Below are positions 36,988-47,140 of a stretch of DNA of 64,000 nucleotides, piece by piece. Position numbers and translations under genes: made by a program. The stretch comes from a virus, in the IMG/VR virus record IMGVR_UViG_3300049434_000042, positions 2,265 to 66,264 of that record, one strand, 5' to 3'. The notes beneath the pieces were generated by a model that saw only the letters and a list, made by a program, of their open reading frames with translations, had not been told where the DNA came from and searched no databases. How positions within the stretch are numbered: the first letter of the stretch is position 1; each line of letters starts with the position of its first letter.

Positions 36988-37013
36988 ATCGCTGCCCGGT
37001 GCGGGAACGTTAC
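36988..37013 (-). promoter_or_regulatory. SigD-like promoter upstream of the replication operon
   Basis: GTAAC-N17-CGATGT. Confidence 0.65.
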
Positions 37014-37459
37014 GCGCCGTTGACCTGCGCGACGTTTAGTGAGTGGCGGTGGCGGCCGTGGCGGGTTTTGCCCCATGGTTTCGCCACGGAGATCGCAATG
37101 ATCGCGACGAGGGAGAGGGTGGCGCAGCTACGCGCGGTGAGTACTGAGAGTGGGTCGAGGAGGCCGGCGAGGCTGGCCAGTCCGGGCGCGATGACGACGA
37201 GGGAGATCTGCGCTTTGACGGTGACCCATCGGTATCGGCGGAGTCCCCACGGGGTGCCGTAAGCGAGGAGAAGCCCGGTGGCCAGCGATGTCGCTGCGGT
37301 CGGGGTGACGATCCATCGCGCGATGAACGGTGCGGCTGGTGAGGTTGGGTCGGTGAGGGTGATGGTGATGACGACGGCGCAGAGCGTGGCCCATCCTGCT
37401 CCGGTGAGGATGTGCAGGGTGAGGAGTGCTGTGCGTAGTGGTCGTGGGAATCGCGCCAT
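37010..37459 (-). CDS. Four-TM membrane protein (DUF2269-like)
   Basis: R..LL.LHI....W..TG.LL..GTPWGL.RY.WV.VK..ISV.KPWG. Confidence 0.75.
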   Translation of the reverse strand: MARFPRPLRTALLTLHILTGAGWATLCAVVITITLTDPTSPAAPFIARWIVTPTAATSLATGLLLAYGTPWGLRRYRWVTVKAQISLVVIAPGLASLAGLLDPLSVLTARSCATLSLVAIIAISVAKPWGKTRHGRHRHSLNVAQVNGA

Positions 37460-37558
37460 TCCCGGTGCCGCCGTTTCGAGCTGTGCCGCCGTGCTGACTC
37501 GGTGTCAGCGCGTGCGTGACGATCCCAGCTCTCGGAGGGTAACCACTGCGGGGTGTGC

Positions 37559-37810
37559 TTAGCGGGGCTCTGAGGCCGTGTTTTTGCCTTCGAGCTCGGC
37601 TAGCCGGGTCTGCAGGGCTTCGATGAGGGCGAGCGGGTCGGGTACGGCGGCCGCTTCGATCGCGGTGGTGCGGTGCGGGCAGCTCTCCTCGTGGCAGGCG
37701 ACGTCGGCGAACGCGGTCAGGAGCTCTTGACCGTCTTCGGTGACGAGGTGGTCGCCTTGCCAGACGAGCGCACCGCACGGGCCGTAGCAGGTAACGGCGT
37801 AGTTGCTCAT
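37559..37810 (-). CDS. Hypothetical tail-associated protein
   Basis: GGAGG RBS; follows the fibre gene. Confidence 0.6.
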   Translation of the reverse strand: MSNYAVTCYGPCGALVWQGDHLVTEDGQELLTAFADVACHEESCPHRTTAIEAAAVPDPLALIEALQTRLAELEGKNTASEPR

Positions 37811-37826
37811 TAGTCGCGCCTCCGGG

Positions 37827-39746
37827 TCAGGGTCGCAGCCAGGTTAGTGAGACGTGCCCGGTGCCGCCGAAGCCGACGTCGGTGGTGACGCTTGAGCCAT
37901 TGTTCTGCCAGGTGCCGACGTAGATCTTGTCGTTGACGGCGACGCGGAACACGGCCACGCAGTTGAGGGTGACCGGCGCGGTGGCGACGTTGACTTTCGT
38001 GTCGCCTCCCTGCCTGCCGGCGACGGCGAAGGTGCCGGTGCCTTTCTCGATCCATAGGTGGCGCTCTCCGGCGGTTGCCCCGACGTAGCGGAGGCCGGCG
38101 GTGACGAGGATGAGGCCGGCGCGGTTCGCGTTGAAGTCGGTATTGCCGGTGCCGGATGCGGTGAAGTCGTTAGATGTGTAGACCGAGGTTTGGAATGGTG
38201 TCTTCGTGTCCGTCGAGGTGACGACGGTCATCAGCGTTGTGTGGTGGTACCGGGCCTCGTGCTGCGTGGCGGCCGCGCCGGAGCTGATGGCGAGGAAGGC
38301 TTCCCAAACGCTGCCGGTGTAGCGGTAAAGCATCATGTCCGTGGTGTTGAGGATGAGCTTGCCGGTAAACAACGCCGTGGCGTTCGCGGTGGCGGTGACT
38401 ACCTCAATCGGCGTGGACGTGCGCCATCCGCTCGCCTGACCGCTGTCTGCGATGTTCGTTTGGCCGTTGCTGCCGACTCCGAAACGCGCCGGCGTGCTCG
38501 CGGCGGTGGCGATGTAGAGGTCGCCCTTCGTGGTGAGGGTCGATTTATCAGCCTTGCCGTCGAGCGCGGTCTGCTGAGCGGTGCTGACCGGTTTCCCGGT
38601 GTCCGCGGTGTTGTCGACGCTGCCGAGCCCGACGTCGGCTTTGACGAGGACGAGCGCGGTCTTGACCTGCGCCGGGGTCCGGGAGGCCCACGCGCCGGCG
38701 ACGCTCTGTATGACGTTGTCGGTCGTGGCGGTGAGGCCGGCGATGGTGGTCAGGTCCGCGTCGAGGGGTTGCTTGCCGTCGAGGGCGGTCTGCTGCAGGG
38801 TGCTGACGGGTTTGGCCGTGTCGGCGGTGTTGTCGACGGATCCGAGGCCTACGTCGGCTTTAGCGAGGGCGAGGCTGGTCTTGACTTGCGTCGGTGTGCG
38901 GTTCGCCCACGCGCCGGCGATCCGTTGCATAAGGTCGTTATCCGCGGGGGCGATCGCGGCGATCGTGGTCAGGTCAGTGTCGAGGGGTTGTTTTCCGTCG
39001 AGGGCGGTTTGCTGCGCGGTCGAGACGGGCTTCGCGGTGTCGGCGGTGTTATTTACGTTGCCGAGGCCTACGTCTCCGGCTGTGAGCGCGAGGTCGGTTT
39101 TGAGTTGCGCGGGGGTGCGGGATGTCCAGGCGCCGGCTTTGCGTTGGATCGTCGCGTCGTTGGCAGGAGCGAGCGCAGCGATCGCGGTGAGGTCGGAGTC
39201 GAGGGGTTGATAGCGGGCGTCTCCTCTCGCGTCGGTGTGGTACTGCGTGTGATCGTCGTCGCCGAGGCCGGTTAAGAATCCGTGGTCGGTGACTCCGGCG
39301 ACGGGGTTTTGCCAGCTAATGCCGGAGGCTGCGGATGCGTCGCGGGTGGGGAGCTGCCCGTCGACGGTACCCGCGGGGATGATGACGGACGTCCCAGCGG
39401 CCGAGGAGCCGATGAGTTGGCCCTTCGCGGTGAACGCGGCGCTCGTGAGGTCGCCGGCGGGCCCGGTTGGTCCGGTGGGCCCTGCAGAGCCGGTGTTCCC
39501 GGTGGGCCCGGTCGCGCCGGTGGGTCCGGTGTTCCCGGTGGGTCCGGGGATGCCTTGGATCCCTTGCGAGCCAGTCGCTCCGGTCGCGCCAGTAGCTCCG
39601 GTGGCGCCGGCGGGTCCGGTGGTGCCTTGCGGGCCGGCGACGGGCACGACCTCGACGGTGCTCGACGGTGGGGCGCCCATGACGATTTCGGGGACGCCCG
39701 GGGGGTCGACGACGACTTCGGCACCGTCGCCGAGGCTAAGCGACAT
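37827..39746 (-). CDS. Tail fibre with collagen-like GXY segment and tandem repeats
   Basis: [13 protein letters not shown] run; VGLG.VDNTAD..KPVS repeats. Confidence 0.85.
   Translation of the reverse strand: MSLSLGDGAEVVVDPPGVPEIVMGAPPSSTVEVVPVAGPQGTTGPAGATGATGATGATGSQGIQGIPGPTGNTGPTGATGPTGNTGSAGPTGPTGPAGDLTSAAFTAKGQLIGSSAAGTSVIIPAGTVDGQLPTRDASAASGISWQNPVAGVTDHGFLTGLGDDDHTQYHTDARGDARYQPLDSDLTAIAALAPANDATIQRKAGAWTSRTPAQLKTDLALTAGDVGLGNVNNTADTAKPVSTAQQTALDGKQPLDTDLTTIAAIAPADNDLMQRIAGAWANRTPTQVKTSLALAKADVGLGSVDNTADTAKPVSTLQQTALDGKQPLDADLTTIAGLTATTDNVIQSVAGAWASRTPAQVKTALVLVKADVGLGSVDNTADTGKPVSTAQQTALDGKADKSTLTTKGDLYIATAASTPARFGVGSNGQTNIADSGQASGWRTSTPIEVVTATANATALFTGKLILNTTDMMLYRYTGSVWEAFLAISSGAAATQHEARYHHTTLMTVVTSTDTKTPFQTSVYTSNDFTASGTGNTDFNANRAGLILVTAGLRYVGATAGERHLWIEKGTGTFAVAGRQGGDTKVNVATAPVTLNCVAVFRVAVNDKIYVGTWQNNGSSVTTDVGFGGTGHVSLTWLRP
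38553..39209 (-). repeat. 3 x 219-bp (73-aa) imperfect tandem repeat in the fibre gene
   Basis: QPLD.DL units start at 39209, 38990 and 38771. Confidence 0.85.
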
Positions 39747-40050
39747 GCACCGACCCCCGGTGCCATATGGTCGGCTCCCCTCCCGACGGGGTGTGCCGGA
39801 GAACTACTGATCGGTTGTCGGCGGCGATGAGAGCGGCGACTTGTGCGACGGTTTTATCCCAGGATGCGCGGGCCCCGGAGATGGTGGCGGCCCAGGTGAT
39901 CGCGGCGCCGGAGCCGGTGAAGTAAAGCTCGATGGTGTCGCTCGGTACCCAGTTCGTGCCGGTGCGGTCGATGATCGCTGCAGCCCACTTGCCGCCGGCG
40001 GTGACGGTGACGGTGATGTCGGGAGGATCCCAGCCGAGGCGGATACTCAC
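39736..40050 (-). CDS. Minor tail / fibre adaptor protein
   Basis: LG.DP..W.ATI.G..A.W...V..W..G.V pattern; precedes the fibre gene. Confidence 0.6.
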   Translation of the reverse strand: MSIRLGWDPPDITVTVTAGGKWAAAIIDRTGTNWVPSDTIELYFTGSGAAITWAATISGARASWDKTVAQVAALIAADNRSVVLRHTPSGGEPTIWHRGSVHVA

Positions 40051-40068
40051 GGGATCCTCCCTTCCGGG

Positions 40069-40140
40069 TTATTTCTTGCCGCGGTTGCGCTTGAGACGCT
40101 TATCAGCCTTCGTGCCCTTGCTCGGTTTCCCCTTCGCCAT
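40069..40140 (-). CDS. 23-aa basic micropeptide
   Basis: MAKGKPSKGTKADKRLKRNRGKK; TGATG overlap with holin stop. Confidence 0.6.
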   Translation of the reverse strand: MAKGKPSKGTKADKRLKRNRGKK

Positions 40141-40487
40141 CACAGGCCGCCGGCGGTCAGCGGGGCGGTGGGTGTGGCCGGGATGAGGGGCACGAGCTCA
40201 CTGTCGACGACGAGCGCCGGCGAGGTGATCGGGGTGACGTCCTTTTGTGCGTGCTTCGCGGTGCCGAACGCTCCGAAGATGCCGGAGCCGGCGGAGACGA
40301 CGGCTAGCAGCGCGGAGAAGAGCACATTGACCGAGGCGGATCCGGTGTTCACGGCGTCGGCTTGCGCGGAGCTGAGCACGCCGTTGGAGACGGCGAAGGT
40401 GAGGACCGCGCCGATCCCGCCGGCGACGAGGGCCCAGATGCGGGCTGCGTCGAGGAGCGGCTTAGGGCGGTCAGCGGTGAGCGGCAC
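40140..40487 (-). CDS. Holin-like membrane protein
   Basis: GGAGG RBS; two TM segments; VTP motif; directly after the endolysin. Confidence 0.75.
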   Translation of the reverse strand: MPLTADRPKPLLDAARIWALVAGGIGAVLTFAVSNGVLSSAQADAVNTGSASVNVLFSALLAVVSAGSGIFGAFGTAKHAQKDVTPITSPALVVDSELVPLIPATPTAPLTAGGL

Positions 40488-40524
40488 GGTTACCTCCGGT
40501 AGTTGACGGTTGCGGCGGATTCTG

Positions 40525-41568
40525 TCAGTGCTCGACTTCCGGTGTGACAGATCCATAGGCCCGCGTGGCGAGGCGCACGACGAGGAGGTCATCGCCGGCG
40601 GGGAGCTCCCACTTCTGCGTGTCGAACGCGGACACGTAGCGGCCGCCGGTCTTCGCTTTCGGGTCGTACCGGTCGACGTAATGCCGGCCTGATGGTGCAG
40701 ACCACGCCTCCTCGACGAACGCGCCGCGGTAGCCGAAGGCAGCGCGCATGATGATGCGGCCGCGCCATCCTCCGACGAGGCCGGGTGTGGCGATGGTGTG
40801 CTCGACGGCTGGCCATCCGCCGATCGGGACGTCTTCGGGCTTCGCACCTTCGGGGATCGGGGTTGGGGGGATCGGGTAAGCCATGTCTGCCTCCGGTGTG
40901 GTGCGGGCGATGAGGGGGACGGGTGCGCCGATGAGTGAGGCGAAGCTGTCTCGGGTGCCGAGGTAGGCGTTCACGTCGATGGCGCGGCCGGCGACGAGCG
41001 CGGATTGCGCGAATTGGAGGACTCCGACGGGGTTGCCTCCGTAGCTGACCCATCGTGAGGGGGTCACCGCGGCGTACAGGTCGGTGGCGAGCGCCTTGCG
41101 GTTCGAGGGGTAGGAGCTCGATACGAGGACGGGCAAGCCAGCCAGCGGGGGGGATCCGATGCGCTGCCAGTACCACTTCGGGAGGTAGAGCAGGGGGATT
41201 CGGGCGCCGTAGGCGGTGGCGGTGACGTAGAACTCGTGGATCGCTTGGATCGTGAGCGTCGGGGTTTTGTCGTCGGCTGCGAGGGCTTCGGCGTCGATCA
41301 TCCCGGGGACGTCGCAGAGCTTGAGGCCGTCGGCGAAGAGACGGGCTTGCTCGCGGATGTTGCCAGGCCGGAGGTAGTGGTAGCCGGCGCAGACCATGCC
41401 GACGGCTTTGCCGCGGCGGATCCAATCGCGGGAGCCCATGGCGATGTAGCCGTCGCCGAGGCCTTCGGAGAGTTTCGCGATGAGAAAGTCGAAGCCTTCG
41501 CGGTGGATCTGTTCGATCGAGATCCCGGCTTGGAATCCGGGGTGAATGTCGACACCGAAGATCGTCAC
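40525..41568 (-). CDS. Endolysin, GH25 muramidase-like
   Basis: FGVDI..Q..I..EG.DF.I.K.SEG; GYHYL; IDAE; Y.P.WYW; LQF; DVN. Confidence 0.88.
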   Translation of the reverse strand: MTIFGVDIHPGFQAGISIEQIHREGFDFLIAKLSEGLGDGYIAMGSRDWIRRGKAVGMVCAGYHYLRPGNIREQARLFADGLKLCDVPGMIDAEALAADDKTPTLTIQAIHEFYVTATAYGARIPLLYLPKWYWQRIGSPPLAGLPVLVSSSYPSNRKALATDLYAAVTPSRWVSYGGNPVGVLQFAQSALVAGRAIDVNAYLGTRDSFASLIGAPVPLIARTTPEADMAYPIPPTPIPEGAKPEDVPIGGWPAVEHTIATPGLVGGWRGRIIMRAAFGYRGAFVEEAWSAPSGRHYVDRYDPKAKTGGRYVSAFDTQKWELPAGDDLLVVRLATRAYGSVTPEVEH

Positions 41569-41672
41569 CGGTCACCTCGCAGAATGCGGAGGGCCTGACT
41601 GTCTCGTCGCCACCAGATGACGGACCTGATGGCGACGAGGGTCAGTGCTGCCCAGATGAGCCAGCGGATCAG
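41565..41672 (-). CDS. 35-aa TM micropeptide (CTG start inferred)
   Basis: Fills the gap with 4-bp overlaps at both ends (CTGA and GTGA). Confidence 0.4.
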   Translation of the reverse strand: MIRWLIWAALTLVAIRSVIWWRRDSQALRILRGDR

Positions 41673-42115
41673 ACAGTCCCGCCGGTGGTGTCGTCGGCCG
41701 GGGGCACGTCGCCACCAGTGCCGCCGGCGTCGGCGGGCGGGGTCGGCAGCGGGTCAGCCGGGGTACCGGAACCGATGGCTTGCAGATCAGCGATCAGGGG
41801 TGACAGTGCGTCGCTGACCTCGGTCACTGCGGCGTCCTCACCGGATGCAAGGCGGGCCTGCAGGTCGGCGAGCTCTCCGCTGATGCGGTTGGTCTGGCTG
41901 TTGACTTCGCCACGGAACTCAGTCAGGAAATCGGCAAGGCGGGTCATGCGTACCTCCCAGGCTCGAACACGGCGGGTAAGGCGGCCGAGGCGCTGATCGT
42001 GCGCCGCGAGTTGTGCAGTGTGATCTTCGATGGTGGCGTTGAGAGCTTGGATCAGGCGATTCTGCAGCCAGTCGGTCAGGCTGATGGCGATCCGGCGTAC
42101 GGGGTTGCCTGCCAC
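41669..42115 (-). CDS. Coiled-coil protein (possible internal start at 41947)
   Basis: RBS before GTG 42115 and GGAGG before ATG 41947. Confidence 0.65.
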   Translation of the reverse strand: MAGNPVRRIAISLTDWLQNRLIQALNATIEDHTAQLAAHDQRLGRLTRRVRAWEVRMTRLADFLTEFRGEVNSQTNRISGELADLQARLASGEDAAVTEVSDALSPLIADLQAIGSGTPADPLPTPPADAGGTGGDVPPADDTTGGTV

Positions 42116-42240
42116 GGTTGCTCCCTTGCCTTCGAGGTCGCTTCGCATGTTGGCATCCGGGAGGGACGGGCTTGTGATCTTCGCGGGAGTGTTCGGCTTC
42201 GGGTCTTACACCGGGCGAGGAACGAGACCGGGGCCCGCTC

Positions 42241-42612
42241 TTAAACGATCGGATCCCACGGAAAGTCGATGTTGTGCTGTTTGAGCAGGGCCCGGGCTCG
42301 GTCGTAGTTCGCGGTCTGCTCCTGCTGGCGTTGGGTGAGCAGCCGTACGCGGGCGGCTGCCTCTTCGTACTGTGTCGTGGCTGTTGCTGCGGTGTCGGTG
42401 AGCCGGGAAACGCGCAGTTCGAGGCGTTCAATTTCGGCGCGCATCGGATCGAGTAGAACGATGGTGGCGTCGGCGACTTTGCGGAGTGAGTCCGTGTCGA
42501 GGCTGCGTCGTTGGGAGCGGATCGTTGCGAGCTGGAAGAGGCCTCCGCCGGTGAATAGCGCAACGATGATCGCTGCGATGGTGCCGAGCAGGCCTCCGCC
42601 GGTCGGGTTCAC
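42241..42612 (-). CDS. Membrane-anchored coiled-coil lysis-cassette protein
   Basis: N-terminal TM plus coiled coil. Confidence 0.7.
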   Translation of the reverse strand: MNPTGGGLLGTIAAIIVALFTGGGLFQLATIRSQRRSLDTDSLRKVADATIVLLDPMRAEIERLELRVSRLTDTAATATTQYEEAAARVRLLTQRQQEQTANYDRARALLKQHNIDFPWDPIV

Positions 42613-43076
42613 TGCGCGGACTCCGCTCTCTTGATCCGGGCGACGGTTCGTTTCCAGCGGTTCAGTTCGCAGGTGATGTCGAAGATTCGCCACATGCCGG
42701 CGATACCGAACATGGAGGAGATGATCGTGCCGAGTCCGAAGACGGTTCCGGTGGCGACGTAGACGAGGGCGATCGGGTAGACGAGTAGTACTCCGGTGAA
42801 GGGGAGTAGTCCGATGCGTTCCCAGATGAGCCGGTCGCGCAGGTCGGGTAACCATACGGCGACGGTCACGGTGAGGCCGGCGGTGAGGAGTAGCCCGTAG
42901 TAGATGTGTCGCCATGGTTCGGGGATGAAACGGTCGACGGCCGAGACGGGGCTCGGGGGCAGTAGCAGACCGACCGCGCCGGCGACGGCGGAGGCCATCA
43001 TGGTGAGAACCGCGATCGGGTGACGACCGTCGCGGATGGTGAGGACTGTCGCGACGGATGCGTTACCCGGCGGCAT
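42609..43076 (-). CDS. Four-TM membrane protein (lysis cassette)
   Basis: Hydrophobic segments; GRHP motif. Confidence 0.7.
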   Translation of the reverse strand: MPPGNASVATVLTIRDGRHPIAVLTMMASAVAGAVGLLLPPSPVSAVDRFIPEPWRHIYYGLLLTAGLTVTVAVWLPDLRDRLIWERIGLLPFTGVLLVYPIALVYVATGTVFGLGTIISSMFGIAGMWRIFDITCELNRWKRTVARIKRAESAQ

Positions 43077-43257
43077 CTGCGACTCGTTCCTGACGGGCTG
43101 TGTCGAGCTCGGCGTTAGCGACGTCGAGCAGCGCGCGGGCGATGGCAAGTTGCTGCGCTTGGCTGGCGATGATGCGGCCGAGGTGGTCGATGATCGCGCT
43201 GTATTCGACGCCGACGGTGCCGGGTGGTGGCTGCTCTGGCTGGTCAGGACTTGACAC
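43063..43257 (-). CDS. Small coiled-coil protein
   Basis: Follows the tail-tip gene. Confidence 0.55.
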   Translation of the reverse strand: MSSPDQPEQPPPGTVGVEYSAIIDHLGRIIASQAQQLAIARALLDVANAELDTARQERVADAAG

Positions 43258-46200
43258 GGGCGCGGAGGTCGTCAATGTCTCTCCCCTGTTCGATGATCTT
43301 GCGGTACATACGGCGGAGTATCTCCCACTGCAGGCCCATCATTGAGCCGTGGTCGATGTGCGGGGCGGTGGGTTCGGCGGGGGTGTAGACGCGGACACCT
43401 TCGGGGAGGTCTTCGGCCATGGGCCCGTAGTGCCGTTGGATCGGGAGGCCGGGGTCTTCGACCTGCACGTCGATGACGTCGGTGACGGTCTTCCCGTCTT
43501 TGTCGAGGCGCTGGCGGCGTAGGGGTTTCGGCTTTGGTCGAGCGTCGTGGTCTCGGCGGTACTCCCAGCGTTTCGCCGGCGCTGCGTCGAGCACAGCGAG
43601 GACGTCTTCGTCGATGTCGGCGATGTTGGTTTTCGTGGCGATCCCGGATGACTGCGTGACGGTCGAGGCGGTGAAACCGACGTGCAGGCTCGTGTTGCCG
43701 GCGGCGACGGCGTAAAGCCAGTTCGACTGAAAGGCGAGGGCGGAGCCTTTCGCGGGGCACGCGAGGATGAAGGCGTTGTCGGCGTCGCGGAACATTTGGC
43801 CGAGGCCGACTGCCTGCGTCCCGCTGTCTGTGGTGAAGGCGAACTCGTGGACGGGTTGGTCTCGGAGGCCGTGGGCGACGAAGAGCAGCCGTGATCCGTT
43901 CATGCCGGCGGAGTACTGCCGGGCATATACCGCAGATTCAGTAGATGAGAGCAGGTCGGCGGTCGAGTCGAACCATCCGAACGCTGCCTCGTAGTACCAC
44001 ATTCGGAGTACCGCTTCGCCACCTAGACCGGTGTAGCGGTCGCCCTTGATGTAGGTCAGGGAGTAGCCGGGTACTCCTCCTGGTATGTCGGAGGTGAATA
44101 TCGACACGTACTTGCCGAGGGTGCCGTTCGCGGGGTAGAGCCGCATTTCGGCGGGGGCGGTGCCTCCGGGGTTGATTACCATCCGGGCGCCGGAGGCTGC
44201 GGTTTTGATCTCGCCGAGGATCGAGACGGCGCCGGCGTTGGTGACTTGGAAGGTTTTTGTGCCGGCGGCGTTCCATGCGTAGAGCTCGGCGGAGCTCATT
44301 CCGAAGCGGGCTCCGGTGGCTGCGGTGCGGATGTCGCCGGAGAGGGTGACGATCGCGGTCAGGGTTCCGGTTACGAGCTTGCCGACGTCGAGGTCGATGA
44401 TCTGCGCGGAGCCGATCGACACGGCAGCGATGTCGGGGTTGAGGATCTGGCGGGGCATGGCCGACGCTTTGACCGATGCGCCGGAGCGGTTGCCGGAGGT
44501 GTCGACGGAGACGAACCGAACAAACTGTGTGACGCCGTACGCGCCTTTTGTGTAGCCGACGGCTGAGGCGCCGGTGATCGTGTCGTACAGGGTCGCGGTT
44601 GTGGGTGGGAAGTTGTCGACGGTGGAGACGTGGACCTCGACGCACTTAAAGTCGGCGGGCATCGTTTCGCCGAGCGATCCTAGGCCGTTCCACTCGATCC
44701 GAATGCTGCCGATAAACGCGGTCAGGAGCGGTGTGCTCGGGATGGGTGGCGCGTTGGTGTCGTTGGCTGTGGTGTGTAGGACCGCGGTCGACCAGCCGGA
44801 GAAGTTGCCGGCGACGTCGGTTGCACCGATGCGGATCTCGATCTGCACGCCGGGCCGGACGGCGGAGAACGAGGTGTGTAGTTCACCGGTGGTGGCGGCC
44901 ATTGTCCACGCGAGGAACGGGTTGGTCGGTGCCATGCCCGCGGCGGTGTAGCGCCAGAAAACGGTATAGGTGCCTAGGTCGGTGAGGGCGGTGCCGTCCT
45001 GGTTTAGGAGGATCGCGTCCCATGTGACAGTGACCGCGGCGAGGGTGACGTTCTCGGTCGTGGTGTAGGCGATCGAGGTCACTGATAGGCCGGTGGGAGG
45101 GCTTGGAGGTACCCCGTCGATCAAGCTGTCCGGTATTTGACGGGCGTTTGACGTGCCGGTGATGGTGGTGCCGCCGGCGATGCCTTCGAGGCGGTGCGCG
45201 AGGCGGTCTTCGCGGTCGGCGATGAGGTCGTTTAGGGCGACGGTGGCGGTGAGCTCTCCGTTCGCGTCACCGGCGAGTGTCCACGCTTTGACGCGGAGGC
45301 GTTCGAGGCCGACGCCGAGCTCGGACCACGACCAGTCGTGAATATCGAAGTCGTCGATCGGGAAGGGTCCGTCGCCGGGGGCGATGCCGTGGGTTTTCTC
45401 CATTTGCCCGGAGACGGCGCCGGTGAGGTAGTACTGCCCGTAGGCGGTGAGGGTGTCGGGGTCTCGTATGGAGCCTTGTGAGACGGAGCCTTCGATTCGG
45501 CGGCCGCGGCGGGTGAGTGCGGCGGCGTCTTCTATCCACTGGTAGAGACCGTCGGCTCCGACGACGAGCGCGGCCGTGACGGATCCGCGGGTTGAGTGTT
45601 TACGGGGGGAGTCTTTGAGGGTTTGGCCTTCGCGGAAGACCAGCGGGGGCAGGGTGAGGGTGCGGTCAACGCCGAGTGTGTCGATTTCGTAGAGGCGGAG
45701 GTCGTTTCCGATGACGCGGAACTCGCCGAGGCCGGCTTGCACGAGGGCCTGTAGCACTTTGAGGTAGTCGGTGCCGGGGGTGAGTTTCAGTGTGATGATT
45801 TGTGACCATGCGACGCCGTTGGAGTCGTGGGTTCCGGTGAAGGTGGCGAAGGTCATGTCGGTTAGCGCGCCGCGGAGCTGAGCTTCGACCATGAGCGTCG
45901 AGACGATCGTGCCCATTGTGCAGGAGTAGTAGTGGCCGTCTTGCTCGATCGTTGAGTCGCCGTCGGCGGCTGCCATACCGGATTTGGGTTTGACGAGGGC
46001 CTCGGCGAGTCGGCCGGTTGCGAGGGTGCCGGTGTATGTCCAGACGGCAGCTTCGGCGATGTCGTCGCCTTGGGCTTCGGAGAGGATCGAGCGGAGCTCG
46101 TGGCGGGTGGTGCCGTCGATGGCGACTTCGATGCGGACGTCGCGGTCGAGTGTGACGCCTTCGTGCAGGGTCGCCCAGTTGATCCCGGTCGTCGGGTAGT

Positions 46201-46318
46201 GCAGTTGCAGCGCGCCGGCGTCGTTGGCTACGGGGGCGATGTCCCACGATTCGTAGTCGGGGAGTGGGCACCGGCGGGTGCCGTCAGTGTTGAGGATCCA
46301 AAACTCGACGAGCTCCAT
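43244..46318 (-). CDS. Tail tip / minor tail protein with FN3-like domains and C-terminal S74-type chaperone
   Basis: Position after Dit; PP.PTGL..GNFS.WS; K.NI..W.Y..G.MAED. Confidence 0.85.
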   Translation of the reverse strand: MELVEFWILNTDGTRRCPLPDYESWDIAPVANDAGALQLHYPTTGINWATLHEGVTLDRDVRIEVAIDGTTRHELRSILSEAQGDDIAEAAVWTYTGTLATGRLAEALVKPKSGMAAADGDSTIEQDGHYYSCTMGTIVSTLMVEAQLRGALTDMTFATFTGTHDSNGVAWSQIITLKLTPGTDYLKVLQALVQAGLGEFRVIGNDLRLYEIDTLGVDRTLTLPPLVFREGQTLKDSPRKHSTRGSVTAALVVGADGLYQWIEDAAALTRRGRRIEGSVSQGSIRDPDTLTAYGQYYLTGAVSGQMEKTHGIAPGDGPFPIDDFDIHDWSWSELGVGLERLRVKAWTLAGDANGELTATVALNDLIADREDRLAHRLEGIAGGTTITGTSNARQIPDSLIDGVPPSPPTGLSVTSIAYTTTENVTLAAVTVTWDAILLNQDGTALTDLGTYTVFWRYTAAGMAPTNPFLAWTMAATTGELHTSFSAVRPGVQIEIRIGATDVAGNFSGWSTAVLHTTANDTNAPPIPSTPLLTAFIGSIRIEWNGLGSLGETMPADFKCVEVHVSTVDNFPPTTATLYDTITGASAVGYTKGAYGVTQFVRFVSVDTSGNRSGASVKASAMPRQILNPDIAAVSIGSAQIIDLDVGKLVTGTLTAIVTLSGDIRTAATGARFGMSSAELYAWNAAGTKTFQVTNAGAVSILGEIKTAASGARMVINPGGTAPAEMRLYPANGTLGKYVSIFTSDIPGGVPGYSLTYIKGDRYTGLGGEAVLRMWYYEAAFGWFDSTADLLSSTESAVYARQYSAGMNGSRLLFVAHGLRDQPVHEFAFTTDSGTQAVGLGQMFRDADNAFILACPAKGSALAFQSNWLYAVAAGNTSLHVGFTASTVTQSSGIATKTNIADIDEDVLAVLDAAPAKRWEYRRDHDARPKPKPLRRQRLDKDGKTVTDVIDVQVEDPGLPIQRHYGPMAEDLPEGVRVYTPAEPTAPHIDHGSMMGLQWEILRRMYRKIIEQGRDIDDLRARVKS

Positions 46319-46321
46319 GGG

Positions 46322-47140
46322 TCACGCTCCGGCGTATTTGCGGCAGCCGGTGAGGCGCACGCTGCCGGTGGCGCCGGCGGTTTGGCTGAATGTGCAGCGC
46401 GGCGTTGGGTCGCCGGGTTCGAGGACGAACCACCTCGGGTCGCCTCCGTGGTCGAGGCCGGTGCCGGGTTGATAGCTGACGGTGAGGCCTCCGCCGGTGG
46501 TGATGGCCCATGTCCCGCAGTTGATCGACACCCATTGCGCGCCGGTGAGGACGGCGTTGTACGCGACGTAGATGCCGCTTGGACTGGTGAGCCGGGGGTT
46601 GGTGCAGGCGCCGTCAAAGCGGACGGTGAGGTCGGACATGCGGGCGGTGGCGCCCTCGAAAGCGGCGACGTCCCAAACCCCCGTGCCGGTTTTGCTGGCG
46701 GTTAGCGGGTCGACGTCTTCCCAGTAGGCCGCGGCGCAGATGAGGCTGACGGAGAACGTGGCGCGGGTGCCGCCGGCTTGTGAGGTTGGGTCGATGACGT
46801 CGAGTACTTGCCCGGTGATGGTGCGGTGGGTGCCGTCGGGTGCCTCGTCGACGAGGGTCACGGTGTCGGCGGTGAAAAGCCGACGGAGGCGGTCGAGGTT
46901 GTCGAGGCAGAGCTCGCGCGGGGTGCCGTAGGCGGGGATTTCGCCGTCTTCGTTGGCTCCGACTACCCACATGGGGAGGATTACGGTGTTGCCGGCGTGG
47001 CGTTTCCCGGGGGTAAAGATGGCTCCGTCGCGGCCGGGGACGTCGAGGTTTTTGCCCTTGCGTGGTGGTGTGGTCATGCGCCCAGTTCGGCTGGCCACGT
47101 TGTAGGCGAGGGTGTCAAGGTTCACGCCGTTGGCGATCAC
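46322..47140 (-). CDS. Distal tail protein (Dit)
   Basis: GTGA overlap with TMP; N..VPGR.G..LPMWV..YW.D. Confidence 0.8.
   Translation of the reverse strand: MIANGVNLDTLAYNVASRTGRMTTPPRKGKNLDVPGRDGAIFTPGKRHAGNTVILPMWVVGANEDGEIPAYGTPRELCLDNLDRLRRLFTADTVTLVDEAPDGTHRTITGQVLDVIDPTSQAGGTRATFSVSLICAAAYWEDVDPLTASKTGTGVWDVAAFEGATARMSDLTVRFDGACTNPRLTSPSGIYVAYNAVLTGAQWVSINCGTWAITTGGGLTVSYQPGTGLDHGGDPRWFVLEPGDPTPRCTFSQTAGATGSVRLTGCRKYAGA

Noticed and set aside
38553-39209. Tail-fibre repeats as a diversity-generating retroelement TR/VR pair
   Set aside because: In-frame protein repeats, no evident adenine-specific pattern and no reverse transcriptase in the window
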